Shown: in pieces, positions 40,101 to 52,104 of the stretch
How positions within the stretch are numbered: position 1 is the first letter of the stretch
Layout of the letters: every line of letters starts with the position of its first letter
Assembly: GCA_964035545.1 (NCBI GenBank)
Contig: OZ037772.1
Span: 8,611,150-8,675,149, forward strand
Direction of reading: 5' to 3'
Length of the DNA: 64,000 nucleotides
From: Bugula neritina
Lineage: Eukaryota > Animalia > Bryozoa
Notes under the pieces: model-generated
Seen by the model: only the letters and a program-made list of their open reading frames with translations
Told to the model about the DNA's origin: nothing
The model's database searches: none
Position numbers and translations under genes: made by a program

Positions 40101-43100
40101 TCCAAATAGTTTTAACTTTTAATATATTTTATTGAGCAGGGCTTCGTTCAGTGTTGATTTGTCTATTCAAAATCTGCAGGATTTGCAAAAATCTTCTACT
40201 CATAGACTCACCTTTTTGATTGACTACCAGCTTCTCAGTTTGGATGTCTAGTGTAGCCAGCCCGCCATATGTACCAGAGCCTAAGGCTAATAATACTGTG
40301 TTATCATCAGTTATAGCTATTCCATTCACGTCTTTATTCAGTAGAATATCCTTGTCAAACATCAGCTGCATGCTATTCTCCCCGACAGCTCTCGGTGATA
40401 CAGCTCTTCCGTTCATTTCTCTGTCTGTCTGTTCGTCTGGTTGTCTGTCTGTCTGTCTCTCTGTCTGTCTGCCTGTCCGTCTCTCCGCCTGCCTACTCCA
40501 CCAGTATTTGCTAAGGCAGCAATCAACTTTCACTCCCTGCTGCCTGTGCCACTGTCATTAGCGTCTGCGCTGTTATCTGTCAGCATAGTAATTATAGCTG
40601 ACTTTCTTATCTATCGCACTTCTTAGCCTCACACCCTGTTTTACCTCATACTACTGCGGGTGGGCATGTCACGCCTTCCTTACTGATTGTTGTCACGTAT
40701 TCATGTATTGATCAGTATTTAGGTATTGATTCAGAGCTGTTAGTACAGAAATTATTATATGCGGCTGACTCTATTATGTCAGCAGCTATTGTTTCATTGG
40801 TAACAATACCTGTTATACTTGTTTCATATGAATAGTATTTGCCACGCACTTGTGCCCCTTTTCATTTCCTAGCCTGTATGAAAGCAGACAACTCTCAATG
40901 TGTTTTTATATTACTTTTATATTACTTTATTCGATGTCTTACCTTGTCATTCAATTTAAAATGATGCCTAGTATACTATAACAAAGCTTCCAATCTACAA
41001 ATACTCTCACTCACTGTGTTTCCATCGCTTTTAATTCGAATAAATTTTCTGGTTGATGTTTGGAAGCAGTTGCATGGAATAAAACGACAACCATAAGTTT
41101 ATGCAAACTCCAACCACCGATTTATCCATATCAGCCTCCATTCTGCTTAATGCGATGGATACAGCAGTATATGTAATGTTATGGGAATTCTGATTGGAAT
41201 GTTGCCAAATATTGTTACTTTGCACTGGTTAACCTTGTGGTGTTTTTTATTCTAGCCTGGAGAAAGAGTTTGTGGACTTGAAGAAGAGGGAGAACGAGGA
41301 TCAGGTGGAGCTCAGGGTATGAGGAAATGTATTTTATATTCTCTGCTTTTAAAAGTTGTCTACTCTTGTATTATAACTTTATAATGAGTAAATGATAATA
41401 AGCAAAAGATTGAAGCCATCCTCCATTCTCTTATATAGTTTAAATCCCAACGCACTAACACACATGCCAAACACATAACTACTGAAAACTTCACAGAGAC
41501 TTCAAAATAAGATTTTTGAGCAGATTTCATTATCCGATTAACAGAGTCTTTTCTAGCGACTCCATTTTTCATGTTTCTATATTTGTGTATTATTGAAAAT
41601 TTGCAAATAAGTTTTAATATAATTTCGAACTGAATAATAACAATTGGAAGTAAAACACAAATATATTTAATTTTCTCTTAGTTTCTCACATACTTTAAGT
41701 TTCACTTCATGTGAGAGTGACTAAATTTAATTGTAACTTTCTTAATATCACAAAAATATTTGCCAGTCAATCTGTAGAAAATGGAATAAAGAATTTTTTG
41801 CAAATATTTAATTTCAGCTTCTCTTTTCTAGCGGCTGAGGTCAGAGAATCGACTTCTCAGGCAGCGAATTGAAAACTTAGAAAAGGAGAATGTTAGCTTA
41901 GCTGACAGGTTGATACAAGGTAGGTGTAATATATAGGTCATGTATATATAGGTCATGTATATAGGTCATAATAGATAGGTCAATATGTGGTCTAGAGGTT
42001 AGAGTGTTTGCCTAGTATTCACAAAGTCATGGGTTCGAACCCCAGTAAAGGCCATTGGTGACGTTAGGAAGAGCATCCAGTCATAATTGCTCCTGTGCGT
42101 CATATGAATACGTATTTAGCCTGATTTAACAAAAACCTCTTCTATCAGGGGTTTCTCACAGGGATAGTGACTATAAACTTGTGTGAGTTCTTTACATAGG
42201 TCATATTTATAAGTGACAATATATAAGTCATGTATAAGCTGTTTTTAAGTCAGCTTTATGTAATGATTTTTGTCTTGCTGGATATTTTTTAACCTAGCAT
42301 ACTTTTATTACACTCCTTTTATTAAAACAATAATCAACATAGGTTTCATGTTAGAATAAACTATAATGTAACAGTATAACTATATAGGTCATACAGGATG
42401 CCGTAACTGTGTCAACTCTTTTATAGGTCAAGTGACTCGCGCACAGGAAGCGGAAGTCATGTTCTCCGTCAAGAGAGAACTCTCGCAACTCAGAGAACAG
42501 AACAAAGAGCTCCACAGGAGCCTCAGTGCCAGCGAAGAACAAATCTCGGAACTAAAAGTCAAGAAACAGGTTCGTGTGACCTAAATTTCACTATTGGCTC
42601 ATTCCTAAAGATAGAAGACAACTCCCACTATCTCGTTTATTTTGTCATGTTGAGTTGATAAGTATGTAAATGGGTCATTTTACTTTATTCAGTACACACT
42701 CGAAATTTCCATTTCTCAGCTATGTTTTTAATATTTAGCTGGTAATCTATATGGGTTTTTGCTCTAAACTAATAATAATTTAAAAAGTACAAGTAATAAT
42801 CACGGTTCTTTTTAACTTTGCCTAATTTCCCATGTCTTTTCCTGATTATTTAGTTAGTTTGGATTTGCGAACCGTCACGGTTTTTCTTGACGGTTTGCAA
42901 GTCCAAATTAACTAAATAATTAGGAACAAACATGGAAAATTAAGCGAAGTTAAATAGAACCGTGGTTGTTTAATTGTATTTGTTGATGTTTCATTAGTTT
43001 TGGACAAAAATTCATATACATTAGCAGCTAAATTGTGAAAAAAATAGCTAAAACCTGGAGATTTTGAGTATGTACTAAATGAAGTAAATGACCCAAATCT

Positions 43101-46072
43101 TTCTCCAGTCTCTCTCTGGTCACCAGCCCTGGTCGCGTAGGTTCTCTGTTCCAGCCGGCACTATCTATCCTGACGAGCTCTCGCGGCCCTCTGCTTTTAA
43201 TGGCCGTGTGCGTCATCTACATTCGGTTCTCGGTGACCTTCAGACTTCAAGGTCATCCGTAACTAGTACTATAAGTGTAAGTGGTGTGGTAGAATTGTAG
43301 GTGGTGTTGCTGAACCCTACCTTTTCCTTGTTTCTTAGTTTTATTTTGTCAACTTGAATTGAATGCAACAATTACTGGTTTCTTCTATCAATCTCGTTGT
43401 GTCACTTCAGGTGTACTCGTGCTAGCAACAATGAAGTCACACACAGTGTAAAAGTGCATTTCACAATATTAGGGAGCACCAATATTTAAAATGTCTATAG
43501 TTCATACAAATCTGTAACTATTAGACGGGTTTACTTACACGTGAGTTAAAAATATAAAATGACTTGGAACTTTCTAGAATTCAGTAACTGGAGAGTTTTG
43601 TTCTGCGTTCCTGTAGTTTGATTATTAGCCTTTGTTCTTGGAAATAAGACTAAGTTCTGACTTTCTGGAGTAGTCTGGTGAAGTTGTCGTACCCGTATTT
43701 GCTTGCCATAAAGTCTTGTATGAAGTATTTCTTCTGTTTTCTGATAACTAAATTCTACCCCCTCTCTGTTCTGTTTCTACTGATCTTATGTTGTACTCTG
43801 TATATGGTGTTGTGTTTTCATCAACTCATTTCAGTTTTATTTCTAGTATTGTGGGCATGTTTACTATCATTTGAATATAATAATATAATATTTACTTTGT
43901 TTCCATGGCATTAAAACAAATGCAATATTTTGTTAGTTACATTCAATCATGATTGTGGTATTACGTCATTACCACATATGCTAATATCTCTCCGTCCAAC
44001 ATCATTTGTAATGCTCTGTTTGTACTGTGAGGTGAAACTCAAACAGTTTTAGTGGCAATTCATTTATTATTTGAATTTGCACCTTTAAATTTAGAGTAAT
44101 TTGACATGGACACATGATGATGTTGATTGTAAATGAGTGACTGCAAAGCCACTCTTCAGAATTGTGCTCCCCTGTATCTATTTCTAATGTGTTTATCTCG
44201 GAGTTGTTTCCTCCAGGAGGACATTGAATCTGATGAGAAGTTCCAGTCTCTACAAGAAGAGCTGATAGCAGTGAAGCTGAGAGAAGCCGAGTCGAATCTG
44301 GCGTTACGAGAACTGGCCAATCACGTTACAGAGTTGGACAGGGAGTGGCAGGTGAGTCATCAGCCCTTCACTTTCAGTGTCTATTTTATAAAGAAACCTA
44401 TTGAGTCACATTGACAAGGAGCAGCCGTCGTCTAGGGATTAGAGCATTTGCCTAGTATTCACAAAGTCATGGGTTCAAACCCCAGTAAAGGCCATTGGTG
44501 ATGTCAAAAGAGCATTCAATCATAATTGCTCCTGTCCACCATTTAATTAAGTCCTTAGCCCTATTTAACAAAAATTCTTTCCATCAGGGGTTTCTCACGG
44601 GGACTATAAACTTGGGTGAGTTATTAAGTCGCATTGACCTCTGCCAATCATATTCATGCGTGCAGTTGTTATTCTGCAAAGCGTATGCGAGTGTTATAGA
44701 ACTTGGAGTTGTCTTATTTTAAGCCTTAGTTTTCTCACCCCTTTAGAAACAGTTGGAGCGTACCCCCAACGATAAGCTCAGTAAACCGCAAAGTCAGGCC
44801 CTCCACGAAGAGCTCATGTCATGCAGACTGCGGGCGGCGGAGAGCAACACCGACAATAAGCAGCTTAGACTGAGAGTCATGGAACTGGAAACCAGCGGGC
44901 AGATCATAGGAAATCAGGTTCACAGGCTAATGGATGAGAACGAGAGACTAAGAGGTGACATATCCTCCGGCAAGGAGAGGGAACAGACTTTAGGCAACGA
45001 AGTCGAGGAACTGCGCAATAAAATAGCTGATATTGAGTCTAAGGTGGGCAGTCACATGCTTCAGTCACATGATCATATCACATGCTTCAGTCACATGATC
45101 ATATCACATAAATTTAAAAGTTAGTTACAATCTTTCTCTTGGGCTCTATAATTTGTTGATAATTTTATAAGCCTTGATTTTTGCACTTCCCATCAACCTC
45201 TCTTATACTTTTCCTCGACTTCATGTGTAGTCCAAGGAAGAGGTTATCAAGTATAAAATCAATGACGCGGAACAGTCGCAGCTGGTAGCGGAGTTACGGC
45301 AGAAGATCGCGGAGCTGGAGATATCTAGAGAAGAGTGCCAAGTGACCAATGAGATCATCAACACTTCACACCAACCTCTGTACCAGGATATGAAGGGATT
45401 TACTGGAGGGGTCAGTGGCTATGTTGTATATAAGATGTGTTGTGATCTAGCTTGCTTATGTAGCCTGTTTGTTTCAAAGGTTTACGACTTTGTAAGATAT
45501 GATCTCAACTACATAAATCTATTTTTTGGAAATTTTTTTGTCCAAGAAAACAGACTGTATAACTGTTTGTTTTTTAAGAAATTGCTGAGAAAAATCTTCT
45601 TGGAAAATTCAGTGCTAAAACTAGCATTTTGTGCAAAATTTTCTGTAGTTTGTGTTGGTAGTTTTTTTTAGTAGGCATCAAGAATTTGGTGTCATTTAAC
45701 CAACAGATTTAGTTCTTTTCTAATCTGTACACTTGATTTATAATTCATCAAATTTGCCGTGTTTTAATTTTATTAATTTAACTTTATATTATTGCAATCA
45801 ATATATTATTACATTAAATCACAATTACTATACTATTATATTAAATTACGATATTTTAGCTGAATTCCCGGATGTCTTTCTCCACTCTGGACGTCTTCAA
45901 AGGGACCACAGAAACTGATTCTCTATCGGATACCGAGGAGTCAGCTAAGGTCACCGACCTTGACATTGCCATATCTTCCACGACTTCTAGTAGTAAAATG
46001 GCGGCAAGCAAGCCCAAAACAAAGCAGCTCGTTTCCATGGAGATGGACGCGGATGACGATGCATTTCTGTGA
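25105..46072 (+). CDS. EVI5: EVI5/EVI5-like TBC-domain Rab GTPase-activating protein with C-terminal coiled coil
   Basis: Exons 25105-25201 (start tentative), 25601-25826, 28291-28451, 28768-28859, 29541-29651, 30336-30449, 30792-30992, 31995-32138, 32570-32659, 33055-33161, 41256-41316, 41832-41919, 42427-42569, (43109-43258 optional), 44217-44351, 44747-45043, 45231-45410, 45860-46072. TBC motifs IRRDIARTYP, YCQGSGF and YASSWFLTLF are present, as are the EVI5 coiled-coil motifs RLRSENRLLRQRIENLEKE and LQEELIAVKLREAE. Confidence 0.93.
25720..25733 (-). promoter_or_regulatory. CTCF core motif within EVI5 coding exon
   Basis: GCGCCCCCTGGTGG is the reverse complement of CCACCAGGGGGCGC, the canonical CTCF core. 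Confidence 0.4.
27327..27469 (+). CDS. EVI5: Candidate alternative first coding exon of EVI5 (N-terminal variant)
   Basis: The frame ..MRRISESIYDFVFG ends AG|GTATGA, phase 2, compatible with the acceptor at 28291 (R-DLENDSR). In-frame ATGs lie at 27327 and 27426. Confidence 0.45.
30511..30662. mobile_element. MITE family B, long near-palindromic copy
   Basis: AAGCAGCTCTGAGTTGGGGG...CTCGAGTTTGAAGTTGG / CCAACTTCAAACTCGAG...CCCCCAACTCAGAGCTGCTT. Confidence 0.75.
30966..31117. repeat. 3 x 53-bp tandem repeat spanning an EVI5 splice donor
   Basis: Unit ATGTACCAGCTGGAATATCTCATCCAG|GTGGGTGTCGGTACGCTGAGTAGTGT at 30966, 31019 and 31072. Confidence 0.9.
33993..34146. mobile_element. MITE family C (TIR GTAGTAATGGAGAAATTGAGA...TCTCAATTTCTCCACTACTAC)
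   Basis: Inverted termini; the internal AAAAGCCTGTG(C/T)TCTAGATTAGA...GAATTTCAACCCG is shared with copies at ~20915, 49105, 60991 and 61483. An inverted partial copy abuts it at ~33880-33985. Confidence 0.7.
36753..36937 (+). CDS. EVI5: Candidate alternative first coding exon of EVI5 (internal-promoter, TBC-less isoform)
   Basis: An ATG-initiated 61-codon frame ends GA|GTAAGT (consensus donor, phase 2), matching the phase-2 acceptor at 41256 (..GSDD-D-LEKEFVDLKK). Confidence 0.55.
37573..37632. promoter_or_regulatory. ZNF143/Staf site plus ETS-like and Sp/KLF-like motifs (intronic promoter-like cluster)
   Basis: The reverse strand reads TTCCCACAATGCATAGCGCGC (Staf/ZNF143 consensus). CACTTCC and GCCACGCCT follow on the plus strand. 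Confidence 0.45.
38643..40416 (-). CDS. Nested NHL-repeat-like / six-bladed beta-propeller protein (~283 aa), antisense inside EVI5 intron
   Basis: Four phase-compatible exons 40416-40212, 39700-39465, 39262-39082, 38872-38643 (852 nt including stop). Blade-like repeats: VNGIAITDDNTVLLA, FRQIATGSDGRIHTS, VWGLCATVDKQLIYTD, MWSIACGPDRLYISD, FGGVCTNPSNNLLVCDTVNNRL, PAHVAANTGYVVIAN. The start codon is uncertain. Confidence 0.8.
39778..39991 (-). mobile_element. tRNA-derived SINE family A (in intron of nested gene)
   Basis: The reverse strand contains GCGGTGGTCTAGGGG and GGCCATTGGTGATGTTAGGAAGAGCATCCAGTCATAA. Confidence 0.75.
41986..42193 (+). mobile_element. tRNA-derived SINE family A
   Basis: GTGGTCTAGAGGTTAGAG A-box, GGGTTCGAACCCC B-box and the family body. 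Confidence 0.8.
42716..43053. repeat. Long imperfect inverted repeat (fold-back element)
   Basis: CACGGTTCT...TTTGGATTTGCGAACCGTCA / TGACGGTTTGCAAGTCCAAA...AGAACCGTG, with outer arms out to CAGCTAT/ATAGCT. Confidence 0.75.
43109..43258 (+). CDS. EVI5: Candidate 150-nt symmetric cassette exon of EVI5
   Basis: TTTCTCCAG acceptor, GC-rich open frame SLSGHQPWSRRFSVPAGTIYPDELSRPSAFNGRVRHLHSVLGDLQTSRSS, GTAACT donor, phase 0-0. Confidence 0.5.
44418..44623 (+). mobile_element. tRNA-derived SINE family A
   Basis: GGAGCAGCCGTCGTCTAGGGATTAGAG...GGGTTCAAACCCC and the family body. Confidence 0.8.
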
Positions 46073-48360
46073 AGCTTTTTCATTGGCTACTCGTCTGTGT
46101 GGAGTCAATCTCTCTTGGCTTTACGCCAAGTTTCCTCCAATACCATTATCAGAGAACTGAGTCTAATAGTCTGGGAACTCATCTGTGGCATTCGCATGAA
46201 ACAGCTAGTCCAATTTTTATCCATTTTCAACAGAAAAAGTTCATCAACTCGCAACCCGCCATGTTTTTACCGTGACATCATCAGTCCAGTAGTAGTAATG
46301 CAGACGTGTCTTCGTTACTGCTGCCAACACTTCAACTGCAATAGTTTTAGCGAGTCAAGTTGTTACTATAAATACTCTTTTCCTTTTTACAATTGTTTTC
46401 TGCATTATAGTCAAGGTGTTTATTGTTGGGTAAAACCCAATACTGTTTCAATTTATCCTTCTATAGTAAAAACTGAAAATATTTTATAATTTATATATAA
46501 ATGCTCAGTGCCCTACGCTGTGAATGTGTAGTAACCGCAGTATTTTATATATCTGTCTCACTATATTATTTTTATTTAAAGCCAATGAACATGTGGGCTG
46601 TAGTTTGGCCACCTACCTTTTCTATATAAGGAGTTGTCATTCCTATGCATGTTATGTACTGACCACCCAGTTTAGCTGCAACCACCGCGTATTCACATGC
46701 TGCTGTACGCCACTTGCTGTCACTTTCAGCTTAATTATCCAAGTTTGGGTTTTCTGTTGTCAACCACTAAAGGAAGACGTCCCTTTCAGAAAGACTACAA
46801 ACTCTTTCATATATTCTCAAGTGAAGGTCATATCATGCATAGGAGTTACTTTCTTTTTTAGATATTGATACGTATTCAAGATTTTATACTAACCTTAGGT
46901 TATAAGGTTGTCTTCCAAACTCCATCTACAAGCCATCCTTTTTAGCTGTGGCTCCATGCATTAATTTTTCTTTTGTAATATGTATAAACAGTTTTCAAAT
47001 AATTTAAATTGTAACATGCTTTAGTAACTTGCAGCAATTTATATTTACATATGTGCAGATTTGTTTATTTATGTTATTTAATATATCTTTTTAATATTTC
47101 GTTTATAAAATAAACATAATTTAATTTTTGTCCAAATTGTTTATTTTTATTGCTCATCGTTTAGATGTGAATAAAGGATTCTAATGACCAAAGGTCTAGA
47201 GATGTGCACCTTTTCAATTATGTATGTCAATGCTTGAGTTCATGTTTTTGTTTGAGTACAAAATAATCAACATTCTTTTTAAAACTTCCCAAGTTGCGCT
47301 TTATGCTGCAATGTCGAAGAAATTTTTTTTAATGAAGTTGGTATAATATTTTCTTTTAAGTTTCAAGTTTCTTGCGAGGAGTAGCAGGCAGCAGGGTTTG
47401 GCCCTATGACATCCTAATCTCTCAACTGTGGTTTGACCTACAGTCCTACACCACGCAGTTTAGTTTATGTTTCTAAAGCACTTTTGTATAGTCTGGGTCA
47501 TTCCCCCAGCCCCAATAACTTCATTTCCATTACTTTTCATGGTATAAATGGATGCTTGTATGGATGTATTTGTGGTTGCGGCTTTCATGAACTTATATTG
47601 TTGTGGTTTTATTTGCTGCAACTGTTCCCAAACATTGAATAAAAACTCCATACACATAACATGACCCTTGGAACATATAGTGAGTGTAGTAATTACAAAA
47701 AACTATCCAGGTGCGAATTTGGTCATCCAGGCCATGAAACAATGCCATCTTCACTTACCAGCTGTCATTGATATTTGGTGCTTTATCAAGACCACAGACG
47801 TGAGGCAAAGATCAAGTTGTCCAGTAAGGGTATTGAACCGCCATGCTGGATATGAAATCAGTTAGCCAAGCCTACAGTGAATATAGACAGATAGAGCTGT
47901 TTGTTTTGAGGTCTTGTGTCAACTGATACACATCTTCATCAGTGGAGTAAATGAGATTTTTAATTAGCAGTGTGTGAGAAAGTTGCAAACAGACACTGTA
48001 CTGAGATATGCTCTAATGTATCTAATGTGAGCGAGAACCGCATACGCAATTCAGGTATTGCATCAAACAAACATGCAAATAAACAATGTAGTTTATTTTT
48101 AGTATTTCCGTAGAACTGTTTGAAGATAGTTGTGAAACAAATTGAATGTTGCACATTATTTTCTGTTACCATTTTGAAACTGTTCTGATTTTACTTGTCA
48201 TTCAATTGTGCAAATTCATGGCTGGGCTTCATAGGGTTAATACCCATAGCATAAATACTTTAGAAAAAATTAAAGAGTAAATTGCCAACATAAATTACAA
48301 TAATTATCTTTAGGTGATTCTAATATACTATTTTGATTCACATGTATATTAGTCATGTAT

Positions 48361-48571
48361 GGGAGCAGCGGTGGTCTAGGAGTTAGAGCGTTTGCTTAGT
48401 GAACACGAAATCATGGGTTCGAACCCCGACAAAGGCCATTGGTGATATTAGAAAGAGCATCCAGTCATAATTACTCCTGTGCCTCATCTGAACAAGTCCT
48501 TAGCCAATTCTAACAAAAACTCTTTCTATCGAGAGTTTCTCACAGGGATTGTGACTATAAACTTGCTTGAG
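48361..48571 (+). mobile_element. tRNA-derived SINE family A
   Basis: GGGAGCAGCGGTGGTCTAGGAGTTAGAGCG...GGGTTCGAACCCC and the family body. Confidence 0.8.
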
Positions 48572-49104
48572 CAAGACACACAGCACATAAGCCTATATAA
48601 ATTCCTTTAGATGCAGTCGCACAAAAATTTTTCTAGTCTAAAATCTTCGACTCTCTATATGAATTTTGGTAAGGGACTAGGTAAAAATTCTAGTGACAAC
48701 ATAACTTCTTTTGCTATATGTTCATCTAGAACACAGGCTTTTCTAAACTAAACATGCAAACTGCTTTCAACTTCAGTTCTCACAACAAAATTAGCCATTA
48801 GATTAGCTGGTAGCTGCTCCGTGAATCATAATACCTCAACTTTCTTCCAAATCCCCATTTGTCCTCCAATTATAAAGCTTAAACTCAGGACATGTTAGGT
48901 TGAGGACAAACTGTGAATAACTTAAAGTAGTTGTCAAAGCATTGGTTCTGCCAATATTGGCAGAGGGATTTTGCTAAGTTTGAGACACAAAACCATAGCT
49001 GATCTTCAAACTAGAAATGTAAATCTTTTTATGAAATGCAAATTTAAATAAATAGCAACTGCAGAAGGGTAACTTATATTAGCCTATACAGGCTATTTAT
49101 AGGA

Positions 49105-49261
49105 GAAGTGATGGAGAAATTAAAAAATTCTGTAATAGTTCCAGCTAGATTAGAAATGTAGCAAAAAGTTATTTTATTGCCAGAATTTCAACCTGCGCCT
49201 CATACTAAAACTTACTAAGAAAACTGAAGAACTTAGGCTATATTAAATTTACTCTACTACT
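49105..49261. mobile_element. MITE family C, degenerate
   Basis: GTGATGGAGAAATT...CTAGATTAGAAATGTAGC...GAATTTCAACCTGCGCC. Confidence 0.6.
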
Positions 49262-51035
49262 GTATCTAGATCATATATATAGATACACAAGTTGCATGTA
49301 AGGGATTGTATTTACTGTATCACTCAGCAACATAATTATTATTGTTTATAGTTTACAAGTTATGAAGGTCAAAAGTTACAAAAACAAAGTTGTTAAACAA
49401 TAGTAACCAAATAACAGCAAGCAGCAAAAGCAGTAACATGCAGTCATAGCTGTTGGTTCAATATTGGGTTTGTTTATTCTACCAGAAAGTTCTTTAGATC
49501 AGAATGTTATTTCAGAAATTTCTTTTAGAAAATTTTTCCCTGACAGAGGAATAAGTTGACTAAACGATAACTTAAAGGCAGTAATTACATCTCTGCATGC
49601 TTTCAACTAGACATGGTATATTATGAATAGCTGCCAAACATGAATGTATGCTTCAAGATTCAAGCAAAAGTATTTAACATTGATTTCCAATTATTTCTTC
49701 AAATGGGCAGCTAAATGCAAGTAATTAAAATATGCTAACCCCTGTGATAGGGGTTGAATAACTTCTGATATGCCATGTCATGATGAATTTGCTCAATTCA
49801 TGTTTACTAAGGTATTTATGGCTTGCAAAAATGTTTATTATGTGTTATCTGTTAGCTTTGTAAATCAGTGATTGCATAATACAACATTGTTCTTTGTTAG
49901 GTAACTTTCTGCAAATAGCTTCAAGAATTTATATTGCTGTCCTAATTTCTCCTCTCTCTTTGGGTTTATCGGAACATAGTTGTCTTGAATTTTTGTTTGT
50001 TAATATTCATAATGATTTCCTGCTTATGCAATGATAGCTGTAGGAAGCTTTGGTCTCTTTTTATTGAATTATCATTGCTGTAAATTTAAAACCAGAGTTA
50101 GGCAGTACTATGGCTGTTATTATTGAACTTTGAACCCTTCTGAAAGCAAGCTCTATTCACTTGTAGTTATCTTGAAAATTGGTTTTGGTGGTGGGAGTTA
50201 TAAGCCCCGCCCCATATTCCTAAGTCAGCAAGTATTTTAAGGTACTTTGAAAAGCTTTCACAAAATTTTTGTTTAAGTTTTCTGTATAAACACACACATA
50301 CACACACGCACACACGCACACACGCACGCACATAATTATTACTTATAAATAATCAACCATGATATAATAATAATAGTGAAATATTGTATTATTGATGTCA
50401 CTATAATAGAACTTTCTATGTTATTATAGAATATAGAATAATACTCTTTCTACTATCACAATTCAAAACCCCATCTTTGCTCTCAAACGTCTATCCACTC
50501 CCTAAAATATACTTTGTTAAACAAAGTGAATCCACTCCTCTTCAGCATAAACATAATGACATCATTAAATAATGCCACCCAGGTATCACTTATAAAAATA
50601 ATAGGTGTAGAATGTAAACTTCTCCTGTGATTACATAAGCATGAACTCTTGCTACCCTCCACCCAATAAATTCTGAGGAAATATACTCCTGTCACAATTA
50701 ACCCCCAAGGCTTTTGTTTCATCCACCCTTAGCTCGATGACATCATCTCAGCACACCCTATACTAACAATAGTGTGATTTCTGTGTGATATTGAAACAAT
50801 ATACTCCTTAATTAATTGCCTCCAAGATGGAAGCTGTTTACTTAGTTGAGATATAAGATGAGGGAGATATACACTATATATACAGCATGTTGTCCATTTA
50901 ACTGTTCAGTTAGCTTATTGCTTAGCCAGCAACAATAGTGTATAATTCAGTTCTGCTGACTTCATTTGACATCAACAACACCAATTGAACAGGAGAGGTG
51001 AGTTTGGATTTATTTCACACAGTAGTAGAGAGCTT

Positions 51036-51038
<3 letters not shown>

Positions 51039-51121
<83 letters not shown>
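51039..51121. repeat. (TA)n microsatellite
   Basis: Seen directly. Confidence 0.95.
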
Positions 51122-51124
<3 letters not shown>

Positions 51125-51184
51125 AAATGAGTGTTTATAAAACGTTACTAGAGTGCTCTATAGAAATAAATCTAGAGCATAAAC

Positions 51185-51625
<441 letters not shown>

Positions 51626-52104
51626 CTGTGTTACAGACACCATCAAATTAAATATAGAGTTTATATAATAGATATACTTCATTATAGATCTACTGTTCAA
51701 AAACCATCAAATTAATTAAATACATATGCACATCAAACATATTTATACAGTTATGATTAAGCTATCAGGCTAAGTGCTGTCACCTGATCTATTGGTATAA
51801 TTTGTATCTACATATGCTGTGTATAGAATGTATAAATATAGGCATGTTATACAATTACTTAATAGTATTCAACAAAGTTTCCTGACATTTATCTAAAGCT
51901 GGGGGCATTTCACAGTACACAGATTAGCCTACTTACAAAAGCTTACATATTGTAAGACTGAAATATTGAAGATTCAAGCTGCATTTTGATTTATTTTAAT
52001 GTGTCTCACTTTAGACGAATACTCCGTTGAAAGCTTCAAAAGATTTCCATTTCTGCCTCCAAAGGTCTACTACAGTACAAATATATTAAAACTTCAATTT
52101 CAAA

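Noticed and set aside
46097-46868. 130-aa and 114-aa ORFs after the EVI5 stop
   Set aside because: They lie in the EVI5 3'UTR, with random composition and no domain or splice support.
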